From assembly GCA_965601925.1 (NCBI GenBank), contig OZ271854.1:2848001-2912000 (forward strand): a DNA stretch of 64,000 bases. Reading direction: 5' to 3'. The position numbers and the translations under genes were made by a program. Source of the DNA: Alkalispirochaeta sp. (GTDB lineage: Bacteria; Spirochaetota; Spirochaetia; DSM-27196; Alkalispirochaetaceae). Shown here piece after piece: positions 21,786 through 32,186 of the stretch; positions within the stretch are counted from its first letter, which is position 1, and each line of letters opens with the position of its first letter. The notes under the pieces were generated by a model. That model was not told where the DNA came from. It ran no database searches and was given only the letters and a program-made list of their open reading frames with translations.

Positions 21786-22367
21786 TCAGAAAAATCGACG
21801 CACGAGGTCGTCGATCTCCTTGAGCCATGTGCGTCGCTGCCGTCCGTTACTGTCCCGGACGCCGTAGAGCGTCTTGAAGATCATCTCCTCGATACCCACG
21901 TATCCAAAGACTCGCTCTCGCCAGATCGTGTACATCGGTTCCTGACTCAGTGGGTTGGTCTCGTTCGTCGTGTTAATGATCAACGCGCGACGTCCGCTCA
22001 AAAGCGGCACCTTGTGCTTGGGCATGAACTCGGCACCTTCGAACTCATACGCGAGTCCGGGACGAAAGACGCGGTCGATCCATCCTTTGAGAATTGCCGG
22101 AGGCATTCCCCACCAGTCGGGATAGATCACCACGATACCGGTCGCCTCGCGCAACTCGCGTACGTAGCGGCCGAACAGATCGTCGAAGCTGAAACGTCGG
22201 AGGATCTCCTCATTTTCCAGCACCGGTTGAAAATGTTCTTGGTACAGATCGTGGTTATGGACGACGTGTCCCTCCTCGTTGAGAGCGGTATCGATACGAT
22301 CTGCGACGGCGTGGTTGAGGCTATCCCGATTGGGATGACTGACGATCAGGAGGATACTCACAGACAA
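21786..22367 (-). CDS. NAD(P)H-dependent oxidoreductase, flavodoxin-like fold (Flavodoxin_2)
   Basis: SHPNRDSLN, IYPDWWGMPPAILKGWIDRVF. Confidence 0.88.
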   Translation of the reverse strand: MSVSILLIVSHPNRDSLNHAVADRIDTALNEEGHVVHNHDLYQEHFQPVLENEEILRRFSFDDLFGRYVRELREATGIVVIYPDWWGMPPAILKGWIDRVFRPGLAYEFEGAEFMPKHKVPLLSGRRALIINTTNETNPLSQEPMYTIWRERVFGYVGIEEMIFKTLYGVRDSNGRQRRTWLKEIDDLVRRFF

Positions 22368-22519
22368 CCTTCCTTTCTGAGATGCATATCAGTATAATGG
22401 AGATTCGACCGAAGCACAGTGACCGATGAGCACAAACTTATTAAGAATTATTCCGAAAAAAGCGGAAAATACGGTTGAACCTTTGCGATGTTGGTATTAG
22501 GTTATGAAAAGAGTTAGGA

Positions 22520-22831
22520 ATGGCGAACATGATTAGTAAGACCGACGTTCTTGAATCCCTGAAAAAGGTTATCGATCCGGAGATCGGCATTAACATCGTC
22601 GATGTCGGATTGATCTATCGCGTTGATCCGCGCGAGGACGAGATAGAGATAGACTTTACGCTCACCTCGCCGGGGTGCCCGTTGGGCGATACGATCACCA
22701 ACGATATCGTGACCGTACTACGGGAAGATCATGAAATAGATAACGTGATCACCAACCTGGTGTGGAATCCGCCGTGGAGCATCGAGTTCATGAGCGAGGA
22801 AGCTCGCCTCGACTTGGGGTATCCGATTTAG
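22520..22831 (+). CDS. sufT: DUF59/SufT metal-sulfur cluster assembly factor
   Basis: VIDPEIGINIVDVGLIY, TLTSPGCP, LVWNPPW. Confidence 0.9.
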   Translation: MANMISKTDVLESLKKVIDPEIGINIVDVGLIYRVDPREDEIEIDFTLTSPGCPLGDTITNDIVTVLREDHEIDNVITNLVWNPPWSIEFMSEEARLDLGYPI

Positions 22832-22898
22832 GACACGGAGCGACTTCTCCGACGCCGTAGCCGTCGGGAAGCGACAACTATAACAGCAGGAGTACAGA

Positions 22899-23681
22899 GT
22901 GAAGATAGAGATCAAAGATCTTCGAGCGCGAATCGAGGACAACGAGATCCTCAAAGGCGTCAACCTCACGATGCACAGCGGCGAAGTTCACGCCCTGATG
23001 GGCCCCAACGGCTCGGGTAAGTCGACGCTTTCCAATGTGATGTTCGGGAACGAGACCTACGAGGTGACCAGCGGCCGGATTCTTGTCGACGGTGAGGACA
23101 TTCTGGAAATGGAGACGCACGAGCGTTCCGCCTTGAGACTGTTTCTCGCCTTTCAGTACCCCGTCGAGATTCCCGGCGTATCGGTCGGACGCTTTCTCAA
23201 GCGCGCCTCGGAGATCAGGTACGACGAGGGCGATGAGCGGCGCAAGACCTTCGTGAAGCGGCTGCGTGCAAACATGGACTACATGGAGATCGATCAGAAG
23301 TTCATCAACCGCTATCTCAACGAAGGTTTCTCCGGTGGTGAGAAGAAGCGCATGGAGATCCTGCAGATGCTCATGCTCGAACCGCAGTTCTCCATCCTTG
23401 ACGAGACCGACAGCGGCTTAGACATCGACGCGCTCAAGATCGTTGCGCAGGGTGTGAACAAGTTGCGCAACGAGACCGATTTCGGCGCGCTCATTATCAC
23501 GCACTATCAACGTATACTCGACCACATCAAGCCCGACTACGTGCATATCATGTACCAGGGACGTATCGTCACCTCCGGCGGAAGCGAGTTGGTCGAGCAG
23601 TTGGAGTCTCACGGATACGATTGGGTCAAGAAACAGCACGGTATTCAGGAGGAGGAGCTCAATGAGCAGCCAACAAGTTGA
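22899..23681 (+). CDS. sufC: Fe-S cluster assembly ATPase SufC
   Basis: [52 protein letters not shown]. Confidence 0.96.
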   Translation: MKIEIKDLRARIEDNEILKGVNLTMHSGEVHALMGPNGSGKSTLSNVMFGNETYEVTSGRILVDGEDILEMETHERSALRLFLAFQYPVEIPGVSVGRFLKRASEIRYDEGDERRKTFVKRLRANMDYMEIDQKFINRYLNEGFSGGEKKRMEILQMLMLEPQFSILDETDSGLDIDALKIVAQGVNKLRNETDFGALIITHYQRILDHIKPDYVHIMYQGRIVTSGGSELVEQLESHGYDWVKKQHGIQEEELNEQPTS

Positions 23682-25062
23682 TATCGGCGATTATCGATAC
23701 GGATTTTCTTACGAAGACAAATCGGTATTCAAGACGCACAAAGGGCTGTCCGCCGATGTCGTACGAGCCATAAGCGGAGCGAAAAACGAGCCGGAATGGA
23801 TGCTCGAGTTCCGCCTCAAGTCGTTGGAGGCGTTCAACGCCAAACCGATGCCGTCGTGGGGTGCCGACCTGAGCGACATCGACTTCGATGAGATCTACTA
23901 TTACGCCAAGCCCACGGAAAACAACGACGCCCGCAGTTGGGACGATCTACCGCCGGAGATTAAGGAGACCTACGATCGCTTGGGGATACCCGAGGCGGAG
24001 CAGAAGTTTCTCGCCGGTGTGGGGGCGCAGTACGATTCCGAAGTCGTGTATCACAGTATAAAAGACGACCTCGCGAAACAGGGCGTCCTCTTTCTCTCCC
24101 CCGAGCAGGCCGTCGAGCAGTACCCCGATATCGTACGAAAGTATTTCGGTACGGTAATACCGTACAACGACAACAAGTTCGCCGCCCTCAACAGCGCCGT
24201 GTGGAGCGGCGGTAGTTTCGTCTACGTTCCCAAGGGTGTTCATGTGGACGTTCCGCTTCAGGCGTACTTCCGGATTAACTCCGAGAGCTTCGGGCAATTT
24301 GAGCGTACACTCATCATCGCCGACGAGGGGGCATTCGTGCACTACGTCGAGGGGTGCACCGCGCCGGTCTACACGACCGACAGTTTGCACAGCGCGGTAG
24401 TGGAGATCATCGCTCTCGACGGCGCGCGGGTGCGCTACTCGACGATCCAGAACTGGTCGAGCGACGTCTATAACCTCGTTACCAAGCGCGCCGTAGCGCA
24501 CAAAAACGCTACGGTCGAGTGGGTCGACGGAAATCTCGGCAGCAAACGCACGATGAAGTACCCCGCGGTATACCTCATGGGAGACGGCTCTCACGGCGAA
24601 GTACTCTCGATCGCCTTCGCAGGCAGCGGACAGGAGCAGGACTCGGGCGGTAAGATCGTCCACGCGGCCAGCAATACCAGCTCGCAGATCACCTCCAAAT
24701 CGATCAGCAAGGACGGCGGAATCGCGACCTACCGCGGCCACATCAAGGTCGAGGAGGGGGTCGTCAACGTGCGAAGTAAGGTCGAATGCGACGCCCTTCT
24801 CATAGACGGCGACAGTACGACCAATACGTATCCGTACATGGACATCAAGGCCGACGACGTGGCAATCGAGCACGAGGCGACGGTAAGCAAGATCTCCGAC
24901 GACCAGATTTTCTATCTCATGAGCCGGGGACTCAGCGAGGAGGAGGCATCGGCGATGATCGTCAACGGCTTCCTCGATCCGTTGGTGAAGCAGCTGCCGA
25001 TGGAGTACGCAGTGGAGCTCAACCGCCTCATCGAGCTGGAGATGGAGGGTTCCGTCGGATGA
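23662..25062 (+). CDS. sufB: Fe-S cluster assembly protein SufB
   Basis: [60 protein letters not shown]. Confidence 0.96.
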   Translation: MSSQQVDIGDYRYGFSYEDKSVFKTHKGLSADVVRAISGAKNEPEWMLEFRLKSLEAFNAKPMPSWGADLSDIDFDEIYYYAKPTENNDARSWDDLPPEIKETYDRLGIPEAEQKFLAGVGAQYDSEVVYHSIKDDLAKQGVLFLSPEQAVEQYPDIVRKYFGTVIPYNDNKFAALNSAVWSGGSFVYVPKGVHVDVPLQAYFRINSESFGQFERTLIIADEGAFVHYVEGCTAPVYTTDSLHSAVVEIIALDGARVRYSTIQNWSSDVYNLVTKRAVAHKNATVEWVDGNLGSKRTMKYPAVYLMGDGSHGEVLSIAFAGSGQEQDSGGKIVHAASNTSSQITSKSISKDGGIATYRGHIKVEEGVVNVRSKVECDALLIDGDSTTNTYPYMDIKADDVAIEHEATVSKISDDQIFYLMSRGLSEEEASAMIVNGFLDPLVKQLPMEYAVELNRLIELEMEGSVG

Positions 25063-26372
25063 GCGTGTATTCGGTTACCGATTCGTCCATTAAAACCCTC
25101 GAAGCGTTTCTGGCCGAACGCCGGGAGCCGGGGTGGTTGTTGGACGTTCGATCCGCGGCTCTCCGACGCTTTCGCGAGATGGAATGGCCCACCGCCGAGG
25201 ACGAAGAGTTTCGTCGCAGCGATGTATCGAGCTACGATTTCGACGGGTTCGCCTTCGAGTTTGCCGAAGGTTCAAACGCCGATGTGGAGAACCCCGTGGG
25301 ACAGTCCGGCTCCATCACCTTCGAAGGAACGGCGGTTCTGAGAAAATCGATCTCCGCGGAAGCGGCCGAGAAGGGAGCCGTTCTCGTCAGCCTTCAGGAG
25401 GCGGCCGCCGGAGGCATCAGCGAACAGCTGGCGGAGCGCGTTCACGATGTGCTCCTGCAGGGCATCAACAACGCCGGCAACCGTCTTGCGCTATGGCACT
25501 ACGCCACGATGACTCACGGCGTTATCGCCTACGTGCCGAGATTCGTAGAGTTGGCGGATCCTTTCGTGGTGACGTTCGATGAGCGCGGTGATGGAATTCT
25601 TCGCTCGCCGCAACTCGTCGCGATCGGCGAGGAGGGCGCTAGGTTCGCGGTGGTACAACGCGCGCGCGGTAGTGCCGAGGGCGAGGTGCTCTTTAACGAA
25701 GGGGTCGATGTTCACGTCGGCGACGCGGGACAGATCGAGTTCTTCGGATTTCAGAACGTCAATATCGACTCGACGTACATCTCAAACGGTCTCGCTGCGG
25801 TGGGACGCGACGCGACCTTTCGATCCTACTCATCGGTTTTCGGCGCAATGTTCAGCAAGTACCGCATCGATGTAGAGATGAGAGGGGAGGGCGGCGACGC
25901 CTTCATCGGCGGTGTCTATTTCCCCAACGAGGATCAGCACATCGATATGCGCACCGAGCAGCGGCATCTTAGTACGCGCGCCCACAGTTTGACCCTCTAC
26001 AAGGGCGCCATCACCGACGAGGCGCACAGTGTGTACCAGGGGCTCATTCACGTGGATCACGATGCACTCAACACCGACGCCTATCTGACGAACAACAATC
26101 TTCTCTTGAGTGACGACGGTCGAGCTGATTCGATCCCGACGCTGCAGATCAACACGAACGAGGTTCGTTGTAGTCACGGAAGTACCGTCGGGAAGCTCGA
26201 CCCCCGGCATATTTACTATCTGGGGACGCGCGGCTACTCGCCCGAAGAGGCGCGACATATACTCGTGCAGGGATTTTTCGAGGAGATTCTCGAGCGGTAT
26301 CCCGACGCGGTAAGCGACGAGATACACGAGGTGGTGGAGTCGCGTATCGGTTCGATCGACACCGGCGATTGA
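25059..26372 (+). CDS. sufD: Fe-S cluster assembly protein SufD
   Basis: YKGA...[33 protein letters not shown] overlap with sufB. Confidence 0.92.
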   Translation: MSVYSVTDSSIKTLEAFLAERREPGWLLDVRSAALRRFREMEWPTAEDEEFRRSDVSSYDFDGFAFEFAEGSNADVENPVGQSGSITFEGTAVLRKSISAEAAEKGAVLVSLQEAAAGGISEQLAERVHDVLLQGINNAGNRLALWHYATMTHGVIAYVPRFVELADPFVVTFDERGDGILRSPQLVAIGEEGARFAVVQRARGSAEGEVLFNEGVDVHVGDAGQIEFFGFQNVNIDSTYISNGLAAVGRDATFRSYSSVFGAMFSKYRIDVEMRGEGGDAFIGGVYFPNEDQHIDMRTEQRHLSTRAHSLTLYKGAITDEAHSVYQGLIHVDHDALNTDAYLTNNNLLLSDDGRADSIPTLQINTNEVRCSHGSTVGKLDPRHIYYLGTRGYSPEEARHILVQGFFEEILERYPDAVSDEIHEVVESRIGSIDTGD

Positions 26373-26398
26373 CAACGCGGGAGATTCGTCGATATCGC

Positions 26399-26434
26399 AA
26401 GGCGGGCGCCGATTCCGATCGGCCCCGCTTTTTT
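26399..26434 (+). terminator. Terminator-like hairpin between sufD and the Rieske gene
   Basis: aaggcggg(c)gccgat-tccg-atcggccccgc followed by tttttt. Confidence 0.65.
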
Positions 26435-26451
26435 CATGAAAGGAAGGTAGT

Positions 26452-26754
26452 GTGGCGCAGTGGCGAGAGGTGTGTCCAGAGGATGCGTTTCAGCGGACCT
26501 TTAAGTACACGCATCGGCGCAAGGAGATCGCGCTCTATAAGCTCGAAGACGGCATATACGCGACCGAAAACTCGTGTAGCCACGAGTACTCCGAGCTTTC
26601 GGAGGGCATTATCATGGGCTCCGATGTATACTGCCCGAAACACGGCTCGCGCTTCGATATACGAAGCGGCGCGGTAAAGGATCTACCCGCCACGCGACCG
26701 GTCAAGACGTTCGAGGTCAAGGTAGAGGACGGAGTTGTATACGTCAAAGTCTGA
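26452..26754 (+). CDS. Rieske-type [2Fe-2S] ferredoxin
   Basis: CSHE...CPKHGSRFD; AAGGAAGG RBS. Confidence 0.92.
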   Translation: MAQWREVCPEDAFQRTFKYTHRRKEIALYKLEDGIYATENSCSHEYSELSEGIIMGSDVYCPKHGSRFDIRSGAVKDLPATRPVKTFEVKVEDGVVYVKV

Positions 26755-27784
26755 CGGGCGAACGACACAGCCTCTCGGCGCCGTGCATGCGCATCGGGCC
26801 GGGCGAATCATCGCCGCCGGGGGGCTCGTCGTGATACCGACCGAGACGGTTTACGGCCTCGCCGCCTCGGCGGTAGATCGCCGTGCGGTCGCGTCGATCT
26901 TCTCCGCCAAGGGACGGCCCGCGGATAACCCTCTGATAGTACACCTCGCGAGCCGATCCGAGGCGATCGATGTCGTACCGTCCCGCCTCGGCCTTGCACG
27001 GGCGGTGCTGGAAGCCTTCGCGCCGGGGCCGATAACGGTCGTAGTACCGGCTCCCGCGTGGGTAACGCCCGAGGTGTGCGCCGGTCTCGACACCGTCGCG
27101 TTGCGCGTCCCCGAACACGAGCTGGCGCGGGAGATCATCGCGGCCGCGGGCGTTCCCGTTGCGGCGCCGAGCGCCAATCGAAGCGGCCGGCCCAGTCCTA
27201 CTACGCCCGAGATGGCGCACACCGAGATGCACGGGAGAGTTGACGCGATCGTTGACGGCGGGGCGTGCACGATCGGTATCGAGTCGACTGTCGTCGACGC
27301 CTCGTCCGGCGACGGATTGCGCATCTTGCGTCCCGGGCGCGTCACGGCCGACGAGTTGCGCCGCACGTTGGGGTGCCGCGTCACCGAAGGTGATGCGCAT
27401 ATCGCGGACGCCGAGCGTGCTCGTTCTCCGGGTGTGCGCTACCGCCATTACCGACCCGATGTCCCGGTCGTGCTGTTCGATCGCGCGGACTACGAAGATC
27501 TTGCGACCGAACTTACCGATACGGACGCGCGAGTATGGATCATCACCGGGCCCGGCTCCGGCGCGCGGCCGGAACTGTCGACGATCCGCACGGTCCGAAA
27601 CGCGACGTGGACTGAGTACGGCGCGGCGCTCTACCGTACCCTTTGGGAGGCGGAACGGATGGGCGCGAGCGTGATTCTCGCCGAAAAGCCGGCGAACGCG
27701 GTCGTTTCCGGTCTATCCGATCGGTTGAGTCGCGCCGCGGAGACGGACTACCGTCTCGGCATCATCCGAGAGATTGTCGGTTAA
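26735..27784 (+). CDS. sua5: Threonylcarbamoyl-AMP synthase, Sua5 (TsaC2) type
   Basis: PTETVYGL, KGRPADNPLIVH, APSANRSGRPSPT, GIESTV, SPGVRYRHY; C-terminal SUA5 domain. Start uncertain. Confidence 0.92.
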   Translation: MYTSKSDGRTTQPLGAVHAHRAGRIIAAGGLVVIPTETVYGLAASAVDRRAVASIFSAKGRPADNPLIVHLASRSEAIDVVPSRLGLARAVLEAFAPGPITVVVPAPAWVTPEVCAGLDTVALRVPEHELAREIIAAAGVPVAAPSANRSGRPSPTTPEMAHTEMHGRVDAIVDGGACTIGIESTVVDASSGDGLRILRPGRVTADELRRTLGCRVTEGDAHIADAERARSPGVRYRHYRPDVPVVLFDRADYEDLATELTDTDARVWIITGPGSGARPELSTIRTVRNATWTEYGAALYRTLWEAERMGASVILAEKPANAVVSGLSDRLSRAAETDYRLGIIREIVG

Positions 27785-27787
27785 CCT

Positions 27788-28783
27788 TTATCCGTGAACG
27801 GCGTGAATACGTTCACGCGGGAGCTCGCGCGCCAACAGGTCGGTCATGAAGGCGAATACCTCTTCGCGTATCTCCGCCGCATAACTCGCGACGCCCTCCC
27901 GATCGATGACACCGTTCTCCAGAATCGACTCGCGACGAAAGACGCGCATACGGCGAAGAAAATCGGGGTGCATCCGAAATACGCCGAAACTCACCGCCTC
28001 GATGCCGTCATGCGGCATACGTCGGAAGACCTCCTCTACCGCACGTCGGTAGTCGTCGCGCCACGACTCGGCCACGATCACCGGGTCGAAGCACAGACGA
28101 ACGCGCCAGCCTCTTAACGCCGCCCGTCGGGCGTCAAAGAGTCGTTGGGCAAATCCGCCCGTTCCGGCCTCATGGCCTCGGGCGAGGGCGTCCGGCGAGA
28201 GCGACCACGTCAGTATCACCCCCTTGTGCGGCGCCACGTCGTGAAGTGTCGAGAATCCGTCACTTTTTGTGCGCACCTCGATCTCTACGCCCCGGATATT
28301 TCGACTCGCCTCGATCCATCGCCGCACCAATCCGAAATGGCGCTCGAAACCCAGCAGATCGCTCAGATAGCTGATGCTGAGATACAGCTCCCCGTATCGT
28401 GTCATATGTGTCGTAACGGCCTCGAGATAATCCTCAATATTGACGTTGAGGAGAATGTTGGCCGACGGGTGCATTCCTTGGAGAAAACAGTAGTCGCAGT
28501 CAAACAGGCAGTTCCGAACGATATCGGTGTAAAACAGGGCGCGCTCGGCGCCGAAGCTCGCGATGCGCTCGTTTCCTCGATACAGGTATGTGCCCCTCTT
28601 GCGCGCAAGAATGAGCTTCGGCGCGCGTTTCTGGAGGGCGAAATCCTGTCCGGGCCGCTTGAAGAACGCATTCGCGTCGTCGATCTCGGTAACGTGCGGC
28701 GACGACAGTCGAGACAACACGTCTCGAGTGAGCGGATAGTCCCGGGCCGAACGCTCGACGTACACGTGGTCGAAGGTGATCAT
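27788..28783 (-). CDS. Spore photoproduct lyase (SPL)-family radical SAM protein
   Basis: NCLFDCDYCFLQG, EVRTKS, WSLSP, VRLCFDPVI; ATG at 28783 overlaps the upstream stop (ATGA). Confidence 0.85.
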   Translation of the reverse strand: MITFDHVYVERSARDYPLTRDVLSRLSSPHVTEIDDANAFFKRPGQDFALQKRAPKLILARKRGTYLYRGNERIASFGAERALFYTDIVRNCLFDCDYCFLQGMHPSANILLNVNIEDYLEAVTTHMTRYGELYLSISYLSDLLGFERHFGLVRRWIEASRNIRGVEIEVRTKSDGFSTLHDVAPHKGVILTWSLSPDALARGHEAGTGGFAQRLFDARRAALRGWRVRLCFDPVIVAESWRDDYRRAVEEVFRRMPHDGIEAVSFGVFRMHPDFLRRMRVFRRESILENGVIDREGVASYAAEIREEVFAFMTDLLARELPRERIHAVHG

Positions 28784-29346
28784 CGGCACTGCTCGACAAA
28801 GGTTGCGAGGATTCCACGGAGCGCGCGGTGTGACTCGGCGCGACTCGCGCGTGATTCGCCGCCGTCGTGCGGCGGGATCCGGACGACCCACCGGCGGTGA
28901 GGGCCGAGACGTCTGGCGAGCCATTCCATACAGGCCCACGCGGCTTCATCCTCGACGGCGCCGACCGACACGCCGATATCCGAGAACCGGGCGACCGGTG
29001 GGAGATCCGGGAGATGCTCTCGGCGCCCCGCCGCTACGACGCGATCAGCCACGTGAAACGAGCGACCGGGTAGCACTAACAGCACCCCGTCGCACCGTTC
29101 GAGAGAGCCCATCACGTAGGCTATCTCGGCGGCGATCAGCGTAAAAGCGGGCCGTTCATCCTCCGAGGAACGATCGAACACGACGTCGGCGATGAACATG
29201 CCCTTACCCCGTAACACGCGTTCCCGGACTCGTGCCGGCGGATCGCCCGTTGCAAGGGGCCGAGTCGGAAAGGTTCGGCGCAGCATTCCGACGAGACCGC
29301 CGACAAGCGGAACGATGAGAATCTCCGGGTCTTCCCGTTCGTTCAC
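28780..29346 (-). CDS. Hypothetical protein, possibly a degenerate nucleoside phosphorylase/MTAN-like fold
   Basis: Overlap-coupled to both mtaB and the SPL-like gene; weak resemblance of VEDEAA...WVVRI to the DMEA...K/RxVSD pattern. Confidence 0.6.
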   Translation of the reverse strand: MNEREDPEILIVPLVGGLVGMLRRTFPTRPLATGDPPARVRERVLRGKGMFIADVVFDRSSEDERPAFTLIAAEIAYVMGSLERCDGVLLVLPGRSFHVADRVVAAGRREHLPDLPPVARFSDIGVSVGAVEDEAAWACMEWLARRLGPHRRWVVRIPPHDGGESRASRAESHRALRGILATFVEQCR

Positions 29347-30686
29347 GAGAGTGTTCCGAGCAGATCGAGGGTATCGTCCGCGTCGATGCCGGTAATCAGC
29401 GTGCGGTAGAAACGATTGTGTCCGATATCCGCAGTCGGCGGCGCGGTGATGCGTACCGGGATATAGTGCTCCCCGAACCCCGACGCGTGAATCGCATCAG
29501 CCGTTTTTCTGACGTGTTCCACGAGGACCGTCTGAGTACCGCCGACAAACGAGCGCCGAATCGCCAGTTTTCTCCGCTCGGCCGCTTCTTGAATGAGCCG
29601 GCCGCGTCGCGCCTTCTCCCGACCGGCGACGTGTCCGCCCATGCGACAGGCACGTGTGCCGGCGCGCACCGAGTAGGGAAACATATGCACGTGACCGACG
29701 GTCATCTCCTCGACGAGACGCGCACTTTGTTGAAAGTCATCGTCGGTCTCTCCGGGAAAGCCGACGATGACGTCGGTCGTGATGTTGAAGTTCGGAATCG
29801 ACGAGCGAAGTCGGCCCACGATCGTTCGGTACTGGGAGGTCGTATACATACGACGCATCGCAAGGAGAATACGATCGCTGCCGCTCTGGAGGCACAGATG
29901 GAGATGGGGACACATCTTGGGGTGTGAAAAGAGGGCGACGAAGCGCTCATCGAGACCGTCGGGCTCGAGAGAGGAGATGCGGAGGCGAAACTCGCCGTCA
30001 AGATCGAGAATCGCCTCGACGATATCGACGAATGTGGTGACGCGTCCCGCATCCTCGTAACGGTAGCGGCTCATGTTGACGCCGGTCAGCACCAACTCTC
30101 GCGCGCCGCCGCGAATCGCGTCTCGTGCCTCACCGACGATGTCGACCGATCGGCGACTTCGCGCTCGACCGCGAACGAATGGAATGATGCAAAACGTGCA
30201 GTAGTTATCGCACCCGTCCTGAATCTTGATGTTCGTCCGGGTATGAAAACGGCGCGAGGGCACGGCGTAGCCGAAGACGTTGGAGTCGAAGGTGTTCGGG
30301 TCTACGATCTCTCCGCGGAAGTGCGCCTCCAAGATCTCGGGGATGGCGTTTTTCCGAGCATTGTCGACGACGTAGGTTGCCCCGCTTGCTTTACCGGCGT
30401 CGTAATTGCTGTCGACGAAACATCCGGTCAATACCACCACACCGTCGTGCCCGACTCGGCGCAACGCTCTGTTCAGCGTGTTGCGGCTTTTCCGATCCGC
30501 CTTGTTGGTGACCGTGCACGTATTGATGACCCGGACGTCGGCGTTCTCGGCGCCGTCGACGACGCGGAAGTTGCGCCGGTCGAGCTCCGTCGCGATCGCG
30601 TCCGTTTCGTATTGATTGAGCTTGCATCCGAGCGTCTCGAAAGCGACCGTCGGGCCGAGCGGTCTACCGTGTTCGTCCGATCGCAC
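29343..30686 (-). CDS. mtaB: tRNA t6A37 methylthiotransferase MtaB
   Basis: TLGCKLNQYETD, INTCTVTNKADRKSR, IKIQDGCDNYCTFCIIP, LRISSLEP, HMFPYSVRAGT. Confidence 0.88.
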   Translation of the reverse strand: MRSDEHGRPLGPTVAFETLGCKLNQYETDAIATELDRRNFRVVDGAENADVRVINTCTVTNKADRKSRNTLNRALRRVGHDGVVVLTGCFVDSNYDAGKASGATYVVDNARKNAIPEILEAHFRGEIVDPNTFDSNVFGYAVPSRRFHTRTNIKIQDGCDNYCTFCIIPFVRGRARSRRSVDIVGEARDAIRGGARELVLTGVNMSRYRYEDAGRVTTFVDIVEAILDLDGEFRLRISSLEPDGLDERFVALFSHPKMCPHLHLCLQSGSDRILLAMRRMYTTSQYRTIVGRLRSSIPNFNITTDVIVGFPGETDDDFQQSARLVEEMTVGHVHMFPYSVRAGTRACRMGGHVAGREKARRGRLIQEAAERRKLAIRRSFVGGTQTVLVEHVRKTADAIHASGFGEHYIPVRITAPPTADIGHNRFYRTLITGIDADDTLDLLGTLS

Positions 30687-30701
30687 TGTGCCGATACCCC
30701 T

Positions 30702-32186
30702 CTATCGTGCGCCCACCGGCTCCTGCGCATGCACGATCTCGCCGAAGATCGACAGCGGGCGACAGTCGGTGATGCGCACGTCGACGAACGATCCGAGAAG
30801 GGGCGCGCCGGGGTCCGGCACTCTCACCGGGATGCGGCCTTCCGTTTTTGCCGAAAGATACCCCGGCCGGCGGTCGTATCCGTCTACGAGCACGCGCACC
30901 GTCGTTCCCACGAGGTTTCTGTTATGATCCAGCGCCGTACGATGCAGCTCTTCGGAGAGAACGCGCAAACGGCGTTTTTTCTCATCCTGAGGGATATCGT
31001 CGGCCCAGCGCGAACTTGCCGCGCCGGGGCGCGGGGAGTACATCGCGATGTAGGCCATGTTGTAGCGAAACTCTTCCATCGCCGCGCGCGTCCTTTCGAA
31101 CTGCTCCTCGGTCTCGCCGGTAAATCCTACGATGATATCGGTAAAGAGCGTCGCGCTCGGTAAGAGCGAACGAATACGCTCCACCACGCGGCGATACCCG
31201 CTCACGCGATAGTTTCGATTCATGCGAATGAGCACTTTGTCGTCCCCGCTCTGAATCGGAAGGTGTATCTGATTGGCCAGCGTCGGGTATTCGGCTATCG
31301 TCTCCAACACATCGTCGGTCATATCGCGGGGATGGGGCGAGGTGAAGTAGACCCACACATCCTCGCCTGCGGTCATCCTGCCGATCTCTTCGAGAAGTGC
31401 GCTGAATCCGATCTCGCTCGAACGGCGATCCAGGCCGTAACTGTTCACGTTTTGTCCAAGGAGCGTCACGCTCTTGTATCCTCGACCTACGAGCTCTTCG
31501 ATCTCCCCGAGAATCTCGCGGGACGGGCGAGAGACCTCGCGGCCGCGAGTGTAGGGGACCGCGCAAAAAGTACAGAACTTATCGCACCCGTTTTGGATCG
31601 GCACATACGCCTCAAAGGTGGACGAGTACGACGGCTTTACGCGCCAAAACCCGTCGCGTATATCCTCCTCCACACCGTGCGGCCCCGACGGTAGGGAAGG
31701 CGTAAACAGAGCGGTCCGGCTCGTGTCGCCCCGGGCCTTACGGGAGCGCTCCGCCGTGCGCGATACGACGGATGAAGTCGGTCCTGCCGGATCGTCGGTG
31801 ATGCGCGTCGCCGTCGGCGGTCCGTTTGCCACCGAGGCGGGCGTCACGACTCCGTATTGACGGATCATCTCCGGCACGGTGGGGAGCTCGTTGATGGTGA
31901 ACACCAGATCGAAGCGCTTGAGAAACTTCTCGCGATCCGCCGGAAGCATACATCCCGAGACGAACGTGAGGAGGGGGCGCGAGTGCTTCCACCGGTTCCA
32001 CTTGTGAATCTTACTGTATACTTTATCGATCGCCTTCTGACGCACCGAACACGCCACGACTCCGAGGATATCGGCCTCCTCTTCGGTGTCGCACGCCTCG
32101 TATCCAACGTCCTCGAGTACCGTGCGAATGCGTTCGGCGTCCGATTGATTCATTTGACATCCCAACGGGACAAGGTGATATCGCAT
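30702..32186 (-). CDS. miaB: MiaB-type tRNA methylthiotransferase
   Basis: LGCQMNQSDAER, ACSVRQ, GCDKFCTFCAVPYTRGREVSR, LLGQNVNSY, FTSPHPRD, YSPRPG; C-terminal TRAM-like domain. Confidence 0.85.
   Translation of the reverse strand: MRYHLVPLGCQMNQSDAERIRTVLEDVGYEACDTEEEADILGVVACSVRQKAIDKVYSKIHKWNRWKHSRPLLTFVSGCMLPADREKFLKRFDLVFTINELPTVPEMIRQYGVVTPASVANGPPTATRITDDPAGPTSSVVSRTAERSRKARGDTSRTALFTPSLPSGPHGVEEDIRDGFWRVKPSYSSTFEAYVPIQNGCDKFCTFCAVPYTRGREVSRPSREILGEIEELVGRGYKSVTLLGQNVNSYGLDRRSSEIGFSALLEEIGRMTAGEDVWVYFTSPHPRDMTDDVLETIAEYPTLANQIHLPIQSGDDKVLIRMNRNYRVSGYRRVVERIRSLLPSATLFTDIIVGFTGETEEQFERTRAAMEEFRYNMAYIAMYSPRPGAASSRWADDIPQDEKKRRLRVLSEELHRTALDHNRNLVGTTVRVLVDGYDRRPGYLSAKTEGRIPVRVPDPGAPLLGSFVDVRITDCRPLSIFGEIVHAQEPVGAR

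Noticed and set aside
28784..28939. Arg/Pro-rich N-terminal extension of the SPL-like ORF
   Set aside because: Overlaps the upstream gene; the ATGA-coupled start at 28783 is more plausible.
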